Source: an uncultured Methanomicrobiales archaeon
Lineage (GTDB): Archaea; Halobacteriota; Methanomicrobia; Methanomicrobiales; Methanospirillaceae
Length of the DNA stretch: 64,000 nucleotides
Direction of reading: 5' to 3'
Assembly: GCA_963697895.1 (NCBI GenBank)
Contig: OY969100.1
Span: 512,001-576,000 of the forward strand
Shown here: positions 40,329 to 49,794 of the stretch, in pieces
How the letters are laid out: each line of letters starts with the position of its first letter
Position numbering within the stretch: position 1 is the first letter of the stretch
Notes under the pieces: model-generated
The model's input: the letters and a program-made list of their open reading frames with translations, nothing else
Database searches by the model: none
What the model was told of the DNA's origin: nothing
Translations under genes and position numbers: made by a program

Positions 40329-40337
40329 TTTTAAATA
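40329..40337 (+). promoter_or_regulatory. TATA box of the aromatic amino acid operon
   Basis: TTTTAAATA 32-33 nt upstream of ATG 40362, consistent with a leaderless transcript. Confidence 0.6.
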
Positions 40338-40361
40338 GCACCTGCACAAATGTGATACACA

Positions 40362-40406
40362 ATGCAGGGTGAATGTTTTTTCGCCGGTGAATGTTTTTAT
40401 CGGTAA
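40362..40406 (+). CDS. Putative Phe/Tyr leader peptide MQGECFFAGECFYR
   Basis: ATG CAG GGT GAA TGT TTT TTC GCC GGT GAA TGT TTT TAT CGG TAA; 3 Phe + 1 Tyr in 14 codons upstream of the aro/tyr/phe operon. Confidence 0.65.
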   Translation: MQGECFFAGECFYR

Positions 40407-40508
40407 AAGCGAAGCGAACGCTCCTTGCATCCGCCGGACGGTGTCCTCTCCTTTAGAAACCATCACGGGAGCACCGGCTGTCTATCGCTATTTTAACGCT
40501 TTTTGGTA

Positions 40509-40547
40509 TCTCCTGTATTGAGCTGGAGTCAGCTCTGATGCAGGAGG
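40509..40547 (+). promoter_or_regulatory. Hairpin sequestering the Shine-Dalgarno of the first aro gene
   Basis: CTCCTGTATT-GAGCTG-gagt-CAGCTC-t-GATGCAGGAG; 3' arm overlaps GGAGGAGG. Confidence 0.65.
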
Positions 40548-40556
40548 AGGATGTTT

Positions 40557-41348
40557 ATGAGAGGTAAGGAAATTCGTCTTGAACGGATCATGGATCGAAA
40601 CACACGAAAAACGATCATCGTGCCAATGGACCACGGGGTAACGAACGGACCCATTTCAGGGCTCATTGATCTGGAGCAGAGTATTAATCTCGTCGCCGAC
40701 GGCGGGGCGAATGCCGTACTCGGACATGTCGGTCTTGCACTGTATGGGCACCGACGGGGAGGACGAGATATCGGCCTGATCCTGCATCTCTCCGCAAGCA
40801 CGGCGATCGGTCCCGACCCGAATGACAAAGTGATCGTGAACACCGTCATGAACGCGATGAAGATGGGTGCGGATGCGGTATCGATGCATGTAAACATCGG
40901 TGCCGATTCTGAGGCAAGAATGCTCTCCGATCTCGGGAAAATTGCGGTCGAATGTATGGAATGGGGTATGCCACTCCTCGCGATGATGTACCCGCGTGGG
41001 AGAAAGATCCCGGATGAGCACGCGGTGGAGCATGTCCGGCTTGCGGCCCGTGTAGCAGCTGAACTGGGTGCGGATGTCGTAAAGACGGTCTATACGGGAG
41101 ATCCTGAGAGTTTCCGTGAAGTGACCCGGGGCTGTCCGGTCCCGGTGGTCGTCGCCGGAGGATCGAAGACGGACGATCGCTCTACTCTTGAGATGATAGA
41201 GGGTGCGATGGAAGCCGGTGCGGCGGGAATATCCATCGGGCGGAATGCATTCCAGCATGCGTCGCCAGACCGGTTCATCCGGGCTGCATCCGTGATCGTT
41301 CATCAGGGGAGGAGTGTTGAAGAAGCTATGGAAATGGTGAGGCGTTGA
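40557..41348 (+). CDS. 2-amino-3,7-dideoxy-D-threo-hept-6-ulosonate synthase (AroA', DhnA-type aldolase), paralog 1
   Basis: GKEIRLERI, VPMDHG, HLSAST, MYPRG, AELGADVVKT (Schiff-base Lys), GRNAFQ. Confidence 0.88.
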   Translation: MRGKEIRLERIMDRNTRKTIIVPMDHGVTNGPISGLIDLEQSINLVADGGANAVLGHVGLALYGHRRGGRDIGLILHLSASTAIGPDPNDKVIVNTVMNAMKMGADAVSMHVNIGADSEARMLSDLGKIAVECMEWGMPLLAMMYPRGRKIPDEHAVEHVRLAARVAAELGADVVKTVYTGDPESFREVTRGCPVPVVVAGGSKTDDRSTLEMIEGAMEAGAAGISIGRNAFQHASPDRFIRAASVIVHQGRSVEEAMEMVRR

Positions 41349-41349
41349 A

Positions 41350-42135
41350 ATGATTGGAAAAGAAATTCGCATTGAACGGATTATGGACAGGAATACCGGC
41401 AGGGCGGTCATCGTGCCGATGGATCACGGGTTTACCCTCGGACAGATCGAAGGGCTGCTCGATATGACGAAGATCATATCCGAAGTGAGCGAAGGAGGTG
41501 CGAACGCGATCGTGCTCCACAAAGGACTGGTAAAACGGGGACACCGGCGAAGCGGAAGGGATATCGGTCTCATTGTCCACCTATCAGCGAGCACTTCCCT
41601 GAATCCGGATCCCAACGATAAGGTGATCGTGTGCACAGTCGAGGAGGCAGTCCGGCTCGGGGCAGACGGGGTCTCGATCCACATCAATCTGGGTGCACCG
41701 AACGAGTCGAGAATGCTTGAATCGGCCGGACTCATTGTAAAGGACTGTAACCGCTGGGGTATGCCGCTCCTGATCATGATCTACCCGAGAGGAAAGGGGA
41801 TTGATCCCATATCCCCGCAATCGGTTGGCCATTGTGTCCGGGTAGCCGAAGAACTTGGAGCCGATCTGATAAAGACGAATTACACCGGAGATCCGGTTTC
41901 ATTCAGGAAGATTGTCAAGGCATGTTCGGTTCCGGTATTCATCGCCGGCGGGGAGAAGGCAGGGGACCTTGAGACCCTGAATGCGATACGCGATTCAGTT
42001 CGTGCAGGCGGGGCAGGAGTCTGCGTCGGGCGGAATGCCTTCCAGCGGGATGACCCGCGGGCATTCGTCCGTGCACTCTGCCGGGTGGTCCACCAGGAGG
42101 AGGACCCGTGCCTGGCCCTGGAGCGTTCGGCATGA
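41350..42135 (+). CDS. AroA'-like aldolase, paralog 2
   Basis: Same motifs: VPMDHG, IYPRG, EELGADLIKT, GRNAFQ. Confidence 0.85.
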   Translation: MIGKEIRIERIMDRNTGRAVIVPMDHGFTLGQIEGLLDMTKIISEVSEGGANAIVLHKGLVKRGHRRSGRDIGLIVHLSASTSLNPDPNDKVIVCTVEEAVRLGADGVSIHINLGAPNESRMLESAGLIVKDCNRWGMPLLIMIYPRGKGIDPISPQSVGHCVRVAEELGADLIKTNYTGDPVSFRKIVKACSVPVFIAGGEKAGDLETLNAIRDSVRAGGAGVCVGRNAFQRDDPRAFVRALCRVVHQEEDPCLALERSA

Positions 42136-43118
42136 AAGAGTTGTGGGTGGACGTTCGGCCCTGGCAGAAGGATCTGGCAACCACCGCGATCGAGAGCGGA
42201 GCCGATGCTCTGGTCGTCGAATGCGCCGGGCAGGTCAGGGAGCTGGGGAGGATGAAGACCATTGCTCCGGATGGAGACCTGGTACTGGAGAGAGAGGTTT
42301 TCGAGTGCACCCTTAAGGGAAAACAGGGAGAGAATGAAGCGCTGGCCCATGCTCGCGAAGGATTCGTGATCGTTCATGCCGACGACTGGACGGTTATCCC
42401 CCTGGAAAACCTCGTGAGCCGTTCAGATCGGATTATTGCGGCCGTTGGTACGGAAGAAGAAGCGGATCTGGCACTCCAGGTGCTGGAGCGGGGCGTATGC
42501 GGATTATGCCTCAGCACGGATGATCCTGCAGTGATACGCGCAGTAGCGGCGAAGATGCGGTCATCGGAGGAAAAGGTGAATCTGGTCCCGTTCACCATCA
42601 GCGCCATCCGGCAGGTGGGAATGGGTGACCGGGTCTGTGTCGATACCTGCTCCCTCCTCTCCGATGGGGAAGGGATGCTTATCGGCAACACCTCGTCAGG
42701 ATTTCTCCTCGTGCATGCAGAGACCCTGGAGAACCCATATGTTTCGCCCAGACCGTTCCGGGTGAATGCGGGCGCTGTCCATGCATATATCATGATGCCG
42801 GGAGGAAAGACCGCATACCTCTCCGATCTGAAGGTCGGTGACCCGGTCCTCGTTGCCGATCGGGAGGGCGAAGCCAGGGAAGTCACGGTCGGCCGGGTAA
42901 AGATAGAACGCCGCCCTATGCTCCTCGTGGAAGCGGTATCCGGAGAAACCACCATGAGTCTGATCCTCCAGAATGCGGAGACGATCCGGCTCGTCGGAGA
43001 AGATGGGAAGGCAAAATCGGTGGTGGATCTATCCGTAGGGGATCGCGTCCTCGGAGCACGCGAAGAGGGGGGAAGGCATTTCGGTGTGGCAATAAAGGAA
43101 CATATCAGGGAAAAGTGA
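42132..43118 (+). CDS. 3-dehydroquinate synthase II (AroB')
   Basis: DWTVIPLENL, GDRVCVDTCS, RPFRVNAGAVHAY, LQNAETIRL, GRHFG. Confidence 0.93.
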   Translation: MKELWVDVRPWQKDLATTAIESGADALVVECAGQVRELGRMKTIAPDGDLVLEREVFECTLKGKQGENEALAHAREGFVIVHADDWTVIPLENLVSRSDRIIAAVGTEEEADLALQVLERGVCGLCLSTDDPAVIRAVAAKMRSSEEKVNLVPFTISAIRQVGMGDRVCVDTCSLLSDGEGMLIGNTSSGFLLVHAETLENPYVSPRPFRVNAGAVHAYIMMPGGKTAYLSDLKVGDPVLVADREGEAREVTVGRVKIERRPMLLVEAVSGETTMSLILQNAETIRLVGEDGKAKSVVDLSVGDRVLGAREEGGRHFGVAIKEHIREK

Positions 43119-43122
43119 TATC

Positions 43123-43947
43123 GTGCAGGTCGGCATCATCGGTGGAACAGGAAAGATGGGGCAGCTCTTCCGGGACGTATTTGTACGTGCGGGGCATCCG
43201 ACGCTCTGTTCGGGAAGAACTACTGCGGTGACCGCACGCAGCATTGCGGAAATCTGTGATCTCGTCATGATAGCGGTTCCAATACATGCAACGGTGCAGG
43301 TGATCGATAAGATAGCCCCGCTCCTTCGCCCGTCACAGATCATCTGCGATCTCACGTCGCTGAAAGTGGAACCGGTCCGGGCGATGCTACGTTCACCGGC
43401 CCAGGTCGTGGGTCTCCATCCGATGTTCGGTCCCACCGTTCCCTCATTTCACGGGCAGACGATCATCGTTACTCCCGCCCGGTGCTCTGAAGAGGCCCTG
43501 GCGCCTCTGCTCACCCTTTTCCGGGGCGAAGGAGCCCGCATCACGATCACGTCCCCGGATACTCATGACCGGATGATGGCGATTGTTCAGGGACTGATGC
43601 ATTTTGTCACGCTCAGCATGGCGGAGACGATGAGACGCACCGGGGTTTCGCCCGAAGAAACGTTCCCATATATGAGTCCGGTGTACCGGATCGAGATGGG
43701 GCTGATCGGACGTCTCCTCGCACAGGATGCCCGGCTATATGGAGACATAATGCAGATGAACCCCTTTGTGGAAGATGTTCTCCATGCATTTGAGGAAGCG
43801 GTGCAGGATCTCAGGCATCTGGTTGAAGCCGGAGATAACGTCGGATTTACCCGGGTATTTAAGGAAAATTCGGTAAATTTCGGGGATTATTGCCCGCAGG
43901 CGATGGAGGAGACCGATATTCTGATCCGAACGGTGGTGAACGATTGA
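43123..43947 (+). CDS. tyrA: Prephenate dehydrogenase
   Basis: IIGGTGKMG Rossmann motif, DLTSLK, LHPMFGP, HDRMMA. Confidence 0.9.
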   Translation: MQVGIIGGTGKMGQLFRDVFVRAGHPTLCSGRTTAVTARSIAEICDLVMIAVPIHATVQVIDKIAPLLRPSQIICDLTSLKVEPVRAMLRSPAQVVGLHPMFGPTVPSFHGQTIIVTPARCSEEALAPLLTLFRGEGARITITSPDTHDRMMAIVQGLMHFVTLSMAETMRRTGVSPEETFPYMSPVYRIEMGLIGRLLAQDARLYGDIMQMNPFVEDVLHAFEEAVQDLRHLVEAGDNVGFTRVFKENSVNFGDYCPQAMEETDILIRTVVND

Positions 43948-44735
43948 CTGTGTACGCACTGGGCCCCGCCGGGACCTTCAGTCACGAGCTGGCACTGAGG
44001 CACTATGGCAATGAAATCAGTCTTCTTCCAACCATACATCAGATATTCGGCGTTGTTGAAAAGGGTGCAGGCATCGGGGTTATACCGATCGAGAACAGTG
44101 AAGCCGGTGGTGTGGGGGCCACCCTTGACGGGCTCCAGCGATTTAATGTCTGTATCATCGGAGAGGCATATATGGAGATCCATCACCACCTGGTAGGGTT
44201 TGAGCCACCAGCGCTCTTCGAGCGGATCTATGTCCATCCCCAGACCCATGAGCAATGCAGCGAGGTGCTCGGAAAGCTGGGGAAGGAAGTGGTTCATACG
44301 AGCAGCAACTCTGCAAGCGCCCAGGAAATGAAGAAAACCCCCCATTCGGGAGCCGTCGTCTCAAGGATGACCGCCGAACTCTACCACCTTCCGATACTCA
44401 TGCCGAATATCGAGAATAATCCAGACAATATCACCCGCTTTATCTCTATATCCGACAATCCCGGCTCTTTTACCGGAGCGACCAAATGCAGTATCCTCAT
44501 TGATCCTCAGGCGGACCGTGCAGGGCTCCTCCATACCATACTCGGTGTTTTTGCCCGCCGTGAGATTAATCTGACCCGTATCGAGTCCAGACCGTCCAAA
44601 AGAGGAATGGGGAGGTATGTATTCTTCATTGACCTGGCTTTCTCGGACGGCTGGAAGGATGCAATCGGGGAACTGATGGAGATGACCCGGGTGAAGCATC
44701 TCGGTTGTTATTCGCGGTTGGAGGAATCCGGGTGA
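43944..44735 (+). CDS. pheA: Prephenate dehydratase with ACT domain
   Basis: LGPAGTFSH, PIENS, NITRF, NLTRIESRP. Confidence 0.92.
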   Translation: MTVYALGPAGTFSHELALRHYGNEISLLPTIHQIFGVVEKGAGIGVIPIENSEAGGVGATLDGLQRFNVCIIGEAYMEIHHHLVGFEPPALFERIYVHPQTHEQCSEVLGKLGKEVVHTSSNSASAQEMKKTPHSGAVVSRMTAELYHLPILMPNIENNPDNITRFISISDNPGSFTGATKCSILIDPQADRAGLLHTILGVFARREINLTRIESRPSKRGMGRYVFFIDLAFSDGWKDAIGELMEMTRVKHLGCYSRLEESG

Positions 44736-46000
44736 AAATCACGATGCAACGGGCGGGACCTATCGACCTGACGGTTCCTGCCCCTCCCTCCAAGAGTTAT
44801 ACCCACCGGGCACTGATCATCTCGGCGCTTGCGGAGGGCTCTTCAGAAATTCGAAACCCACTCTCATCCGGTGATATCGACTGCACCCGAATGGCACTCC
44901 GATCTCTCGGCATCGTGGTACAGGAAAGAGACGGGGTGCTATCTGTCCGTGGATCAGACGGAAGACCCGACTGCCCGGATGGGCTCGTCCTCGATCTGGG
45001 TAACTCGGGCACCAGTTTCCGCCTTCTTGCATCGTGGGGACTACTCTGCGGAACACCCCTGATCCTGACCGGGAGTGCCCGGATGCAGGAACGGCCCGTC
45101 GGCCCGCTCGTCGCGGGGCTCAATGCCCTCGGCGGCAGGGTTACATACCTGAGAAATGCCGGTTACCCGCCTGTACGGATCGCGGGTGACCTGAAAGGAG
45201 GGGATGCTTGGATCGAAGGACAGATCAGCAGCCAGTTCATCTCATCCGTTCTCATCATCGCACCCTATGCGAAAGAGCCTGTACATCTTGATATCAGGGG
45301 TGAACCGGCCTCACGTTCGTACATAGATCTCACCTGTGATGTGATGGAGGCCTTCGGTGGCCGCGTCTTACGGGAAGGATATTCCCATTTCGAGATAAGC
45401 ACGACCGACCGGTACCGGGGGAGGACGTTCGTGGTCGAAGGCGATCTCTCCTCTGCCTCCTATTTCTTCGCGATGGCAGCCGTTACGCGGGGACGGGTCC
45501 GGGTGACCGGGGTCAATCCGGCATCTCTCCAGGGGGACCTCCGCTTTGTATCGGCACTGGAGTCAATGGGGTGTTCTATCCGGAATGGACGCGATATGAT
45601 TGAGGTATCCTGCGAAGGTGCATTGGAGGGGATCGATATCGATATGTCGGCGGCACCGGACACCGTTCAGACGCTCTGCGTTGTTGCGGCATGCGCACGG
45701 AGTGAAACCCGGATCTCCGGGGTATCGCATCTCCGGTATAAAGAGAGCGATCGACTCGCTGAAACAGCTTCCCTATTGAACAGTCTCGGAGGTTCCATGA
45801 AGGTCGATGAGGGGGAGATATTCATCCGGCCGTCACCGCTCCATGGCGGTACAATCGATCCCCGGAATGATCACCGGACCGCGATGAGCTTTGCCGTTCT
45901 CGGGCTAGCTGTTGGCGGCATCACGATCCTCAACGCAGAATGCGCAGGAAAATCATTTCCGGGTTTCTGGGATCTGCTTCGGGGGGGTGGTCTGGCATGA
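44732..46000 (+). CDS. aroA: EPSP synthase
   Basis: PPSKSYTHR, LGNSGTSFR, ISSQFIS, RYKESDR, DHRTAMS. Confidence 0.95.
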   Translation: MKITMQRAGPIDLTVPAPPSKSYTHRALIISALAEGSSEIRNPLSSGDIDCTRMALRSLGIVVQERDGVLSVRGSDGRPDCPDGLVLDLGNSGTSFRLLASWGLLCGTPLILTGSARMQERPVGPLVAGLNALGGRVTYLRNAGYPPVRIAGDLKGGDAWIEGQISSQFISSVLIIAPYAKEPVHLDIRGEPASRSYIDLTCDVMEAFGGRVLREGYSHFEISTTDRYRGRTFVVEGDLSSASYFFAMAAVTRGRVRVTGVNPASLQGDLRFVSALESMGCSIRNGRDMIEVSCEGALEGIDIDMSAAPDTVQTLCVVAACARSETRISGVSHLRYKESDRLAETASLLNSLGGSMKVDEGEIFIRPSPLHGGTIDPRNDHRTAMSFAVLGLAVGGITILNAECAGKSFPGFWDLLRGGGLA

Positions 46001-47382
46001 GGATAGTTCTTACGGGATTTCGGGGTACGGGAAAGACCCTGGTAGGAAAACGCCTCTCCCATCTCCTCGACATCCCTTTCATCGACACTGACAACCGGAT
46101 CGAAGAGGCAGCAGGGATGACCATTCACGAGATGATGATGACGCACGGCGAGGTATATTTCCGCCGGCGGGAGCGGGAGGTCATATCATCGCTTGAGCAG
46201 GGAGATGCAGTGATCAGCACCGGCGGGGGGGCGATCCTCGATCCGGAGAACGTTGAGGATCTCCGGCAGGGAAGCATCGTGTTCCTCCTCGAGGCAGACG
46301 AAAAGACGATCGAGGAACGGATCGAGAACACCACGAGGCCGCCGCTGACGCAACTCGCATTGCGGGATGAAATTCATGCGCTGCTGGCCGCCCGTGAGCC
46401 GCTCTACATCGCATCCGCAGATATCTGCATAAACACGGTGGGGAAACAGGTAAACGAGGTATGCCTCGGCATCCAGCGCATTCTTTCAGAAGGGATCGCG
46501 GACCAGGGTTCCCGGGACCGGGTCGCCCAGTTTATCAGGAGAACGGGTATCACCTCGCCGGAAATTCCGGAGACGATCGATCGGCTTGTTGGCGACTCTT
46601 TCGACCCTTACACCCGGTTCTATGGGATCGCTGGGAATCCGTGCACACATAGCAGAAGCCCGCCACTCTTCAACGCCCTATTCGACCTGTACCACATGAA
46701 TGGATTTTACACCAGATTCCAGTGGCCGGATATCGATGAGATCCTTTCCCATGCCCGGATCCTCGGGATGAAAGGGCTCAGTGTAACAATCCCGTTCAAA
46801 GAACAGATTCTGCCCCTGATGGATCGTATTGACGGACACGCAGAAAAGATCGGTGCGGTGAACACGGTAGTGTTCTGCGGGAGAAGAACGCATGGCTTCA
46901 ATACCGACTGGCTGGGCATCCGCGGACCCCTCGGGGGGCACAGGAATGAAAAGGCAGCGGTACTGGGCGCCGGCGGGGCCGCGGCAGCGGCTGTATATGC
47001 CCTTCTCGACCTGGGGATGGACGTCACGATCCTCAACCGGACCGTGGAGAGGGGAAGGCTCCTTGCCGAACGGTTCGGGTGCCATTCAGCTCCCCTGGAA
47101 GCATTCGCCTCGCTCTCCCCGGAGGTGGTGATCAATGCCACACCGGTTGGGATGGCACCCGATCGCCGGAGTCCGGTACCGGGAGAACAACTGAAACCTG
47201 GGATGACCATATTCGATCTGGTATACACCCCATCGGAGACTCCGCTTCTCCGTGCTGCAGCGGCTGCCGGATGCACGACCATCCCCGGGACCGAGATGTT
47301 TATCCGGCAGGCGTGCGCACAGTTCAGACACTTCACGGGTATCGTAGTGCCCGAAGAGCAGGTCAGGAGGATTCTGGTATGA
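45997..47382 (+). CDS. Fused shikimate kinase (bacterial P-loop type) / shikimate dehydrogenase
   Basis: N-terminal GFRGTGKT, DTD, FRRRE, STGGG, RPPL; C-terminal HSRSP, SVTIPFK, GAVNT, NTDW, GAGGAA, NATPVG. Confidence 0.92.
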   Translation: MRIVLTGFRGTGKTLVGKRLSHLLDIPFIDTDNRIEEAAGMTIHEMMMTHGEVYFRRREREVISSLEQGDAVISTGGGAILDPENVEDLRQGSIVFLLEADEKTIEERIENTTRPPLTQLALRDEIHALLAAREPLYIASADICINTVGKQVNEVCLGIQRILSEGIADQGSRDRVAQFIRRTGITSPEIPETIDRLVGDSFDPYTRFYGIAGNPCTHSRSPPLFNALFDLYHMNGFYTRFQWPDIDEILSHARILGMKGLSVTIPFKEQILPLMDRIDGHAEKIGAVNTVVFCGRRTHGFNTDWLGIRGPLGGHRNEKAAVLGAGGAAAAAVYALLDLGMDVTILNRTVERGRLLAERFGCHSAPLEAFASLSPEVVINATPVGMAPDRRSPVPGEQLKPGMTIFDLVYTPSETPLLRAAAAAGCTTIPGTEMFIRQACAQFRHFTGIVVPEEQVRRILV

Positions 47383-48413
47383 ACACATTCGGTCGGAATT
47401 TCCGGTGTACTTCCTTCGGCGAGAGCCATGGTCCTGCGATCGGCGTTATCGTGGACGGGTGTCCTGCCGGGCTTTCCCTTTCTCCCGAAGCTATCCAGCC
47501 CTTCCTCGACCGGAGAAGGCCGGGCACCAGTGACCTTGTTTCTCAGCGCAGGGAACCCGATCAGGTTTCTATCGCGTCCGGATTATTCGGGGGAAGGACC
47601 ACCGGCATGCCGATCATGATGATGATCAAGAACCGTGACATCGAGTCAGGTGCGTACGATACCATCAGGGATCTCTACCGGCCCGGACACGCAGACTTTA
47701 CCTATGACCAGAAGTATGGAATTCGCGATCACCGTGGCGGAGGGAGGAGTTCCGGACGGGAAACGGCCGCCCGTGTCGCTGCAGGGGCAATTGCCCGGAT
47801 TTTTCTTGAACGATATAACATTGTCATCCATGGCAGAATACAAGAAGTACATGGTAAAACCGACGATTCGGAAATAGCGGAAGAGATCAGGTCGGCGCAA
47901 ATGCGGGGGGATTCGGTCGGCGGGATCGTAGAGGTCATCGCAACCGGATGTCCCGTTGGCCTCGGAGATCCGGTCTTTGGAAAACTCGACGCACAGATAG
48001 CCTCCGCGATGATGGGGATCGGTGCGGTGAAGGGGGTCGAGATCGGAGAGGGATTTCATGCTGCCGCTCTGTATGGGAGCGAGAACAACGATCAGATAAC
48101 AGGCGCAGGTTTTCTCTCCAATCATGCAGGTGGTATACTGGGGGGGATCAGTAATGGTGAGGAGATTGTCGTCCGGATTTCTGTCAAACCCACCCCGTCG
48201 ATCAGTATACCGCAGAAAACGATCGACAGGAGCGGGAAAGAGCGGGTTATCTCCGTTCAGGGCAGGCATGACCCCTGTATCGTCCCACGCATCGTCCCGG
48301 TGGCAGAGGCCATGCTTGCACTTGTCATTATTGATTGCCTGCTCGAAAATGCCAAGTACCAGGTATTCGGAGATCTAACCTGCGGGATTCAGGGGCCTGA
48401 AGAGGACGATTAA
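47379..48413 (+). CDS. aroC: Chorismate synthase
   Basis: MNTFG..FGESHG, RPGHAD, GGGRSSGRET, GRHDPC. Confidence 0.96.
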   Translation: MNTFGRNFRCTSFGESHGPAIGVIVDGCPAGLSLSPEAIQPFLDRRRPGTSDLVSQRREPDQVSIASGLFGGRTTGMPIMMMIKNRDIESGAYDTIRDLYRPGHADFTYDQKYGIRDHRGGGRSSGRETAARVAAGAIARIFLERYNIVIHGRIQEVHGKTDDSEIAEEIRSAQMRGDSVGGIVEVIATGCPVGLGDPVFGKLDAQIASAMMGIGAVKGVEIGEGFHAAALYGSENNDQITGAGFLSNHAGGILGGISNGEEIVVRISVKPTPSISIPQKTIDRSGKERVISVQGRHDPCIVPRIVPVAEAMLALVIIDCLLENAKYQVFGDLTCGIQGPEEDD

Positions 48414-48450
48414 TACCTGCATTCCATATGGTTAAACCGGGAATATCATT

Positions 48451-48849
48451 ATGAAAACCACCGTATTTATCCTGATTTCGCTGATCCTCTGTGTAACACT
48501 GGTTGTATCCGGATGCATTTCGGCAGTAAAACCTATCGGGGATCAGAATAAGGAAAATACGCTCTCACCTCTCCAGGTATATTTCATCAGCCAGGATGGC
48601 GACTGGTCCCTATCGCGGGGGTGCTATTGGGATATCTCGTACCAGGTCTATAATGCCGGAGACACCCCGTTGAAGAACGTTCGGCTCACGATCGAACTGA
48701 TCAATGCTAATTCAGGCGCAGTACGGGATTCGAGGGATATTGTTATCGGGGTCATGGCTCCTGGCACATCGCGGGAAGTAACCGGCGAACTCGACGGTGA
48801 GTGCACAAATGAGTATACGGTCCGGGCAGTGCCTTCGTTTGACTGGTGA
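48451..48849 (+). CDS. Hypothetical lipoprotein (Ig-like/FxLYD-like domain)
   Basis: Signal with VSGC lipobox; VYNAGDTPLKNV, paired Cys. Confidence 0.7.
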   Translation: MKTTVFILISLILCVTLVVSGCISAVKPIGDQNKENTLSPLQVYFISQDGDWSLSRGCYWDISYQVYNAGDTPLKNVRLTIELINANSGAVRDSRDIVIGVMAPGTSREVTGELDGECTNEYTVRAVPSFDW

Positions 48850-48909
48850 ACCCATTCGCAGTAAACCCGAAAGGGATATTTTTCCCCGGAGTTCAAAAAA
48901 GATACCGGG

Positions 48910-49794
48910 TTATCGGGGATTCTTTCCCGTCACGGCCGGATTCGCCGGATCTGCACTCCACTCAGTGAATCCGCCCTCATAGAGTTTCACCTTCGGATAT
49001 CCGAGGTAAAACTTGAACAGGATAAACTCGTTGGTCGCTTCCCGGCCGGTACCGCAGGAGGTGATGACCGTTTTATCCGGTGTAGCCCCTTTTGCCGTGA
49101 TCAACCCGTGTACCTCATCATCCGTTTTCAGGAGCATCCGGTTATCGGTGTTCATGAGGGTCACCCAGGGAATGCTGACCGCACCCGGAATATGCCCGGG
49201 CCGGATCCAGGGTCCCTGGCCTTCGTAGACCGCTGCAGGCCGGGCATCGATCAGGATATGGTCCGAACGGTCTTTCACCGATTTCAGTTCATCGATCCCC
49301 ATAATAAAGTCCTTCTGCAGTTCAGCCCTGAAATCCGATGATTTAAAGATGGGGAACTTCTGCGTGAGCGGGCGCTCCTCGGCCTTCCACTTTTCCAGGC
49401 CTCCATCGAGCACATAGACTTTTTTATGGTTGAATCTTGCCAGGCTGTATGCCACCATCGTCTGTTCCAGCCCGTCCCCGATGAAATTTCCACACATCGT
49501 CAGCGGACCCCTGCTGCAGTAGACGACGACCGGAAGATCGTTCTTCATGCCGGCGGCCCGTAAGGTGAACTGCGCCGCTTCCGGCGGGATCCAGTTAGTG
49601 GGGAGACCTGCATGAGCGCGGAATATCCCTTCCGGAATGTACCGGGCGCCGGGAATATGCTCCTTTATGTATTCATGGACATTTGGCTGGCAGTCGACGA
49701 TCATCAACTGATCATCCTCGAGGTGGTCACCGAGCCATTCGGTCGAGACCCACTTTACCGGCCCCTGTGCCTTTGCGTAAGGATATACTTTCAT
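48910..49794 (-). CDS. Two-domain rhodanese sulfurtransferase
   Basis: VSTEWL, HIPGA twice, LDGG, active-site loop CGTGREA, YEGGFTEW. Confidence 0.92.
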   Translation of the reverse strand: MKVYPYAKAQGPVKWVSTEWLGDHLEDDQLMIVDCQPNVHEYIKEHIPGARYIPEGIFRAHAGLPTNWIPPEAAQFTLRAAGMKNDLPVVVYCSRGPLTMCGNFIGDGLEQTMVAYSLARFNHKKVYVLDGGLEKWKAEERPLTQKFPIFKSSDFRAELQKDFIMGIDELKSVKDRSDHILIDARPAAVYEGQGPWIRPGHIPGAVSIPWVTLMNTDNRMLLKTDDEVHGLITAKGATPDKTVITSCGTGREATNEFILFKFYLGYPKVKLYEGGFTEWSADPANPAVTGKNPR

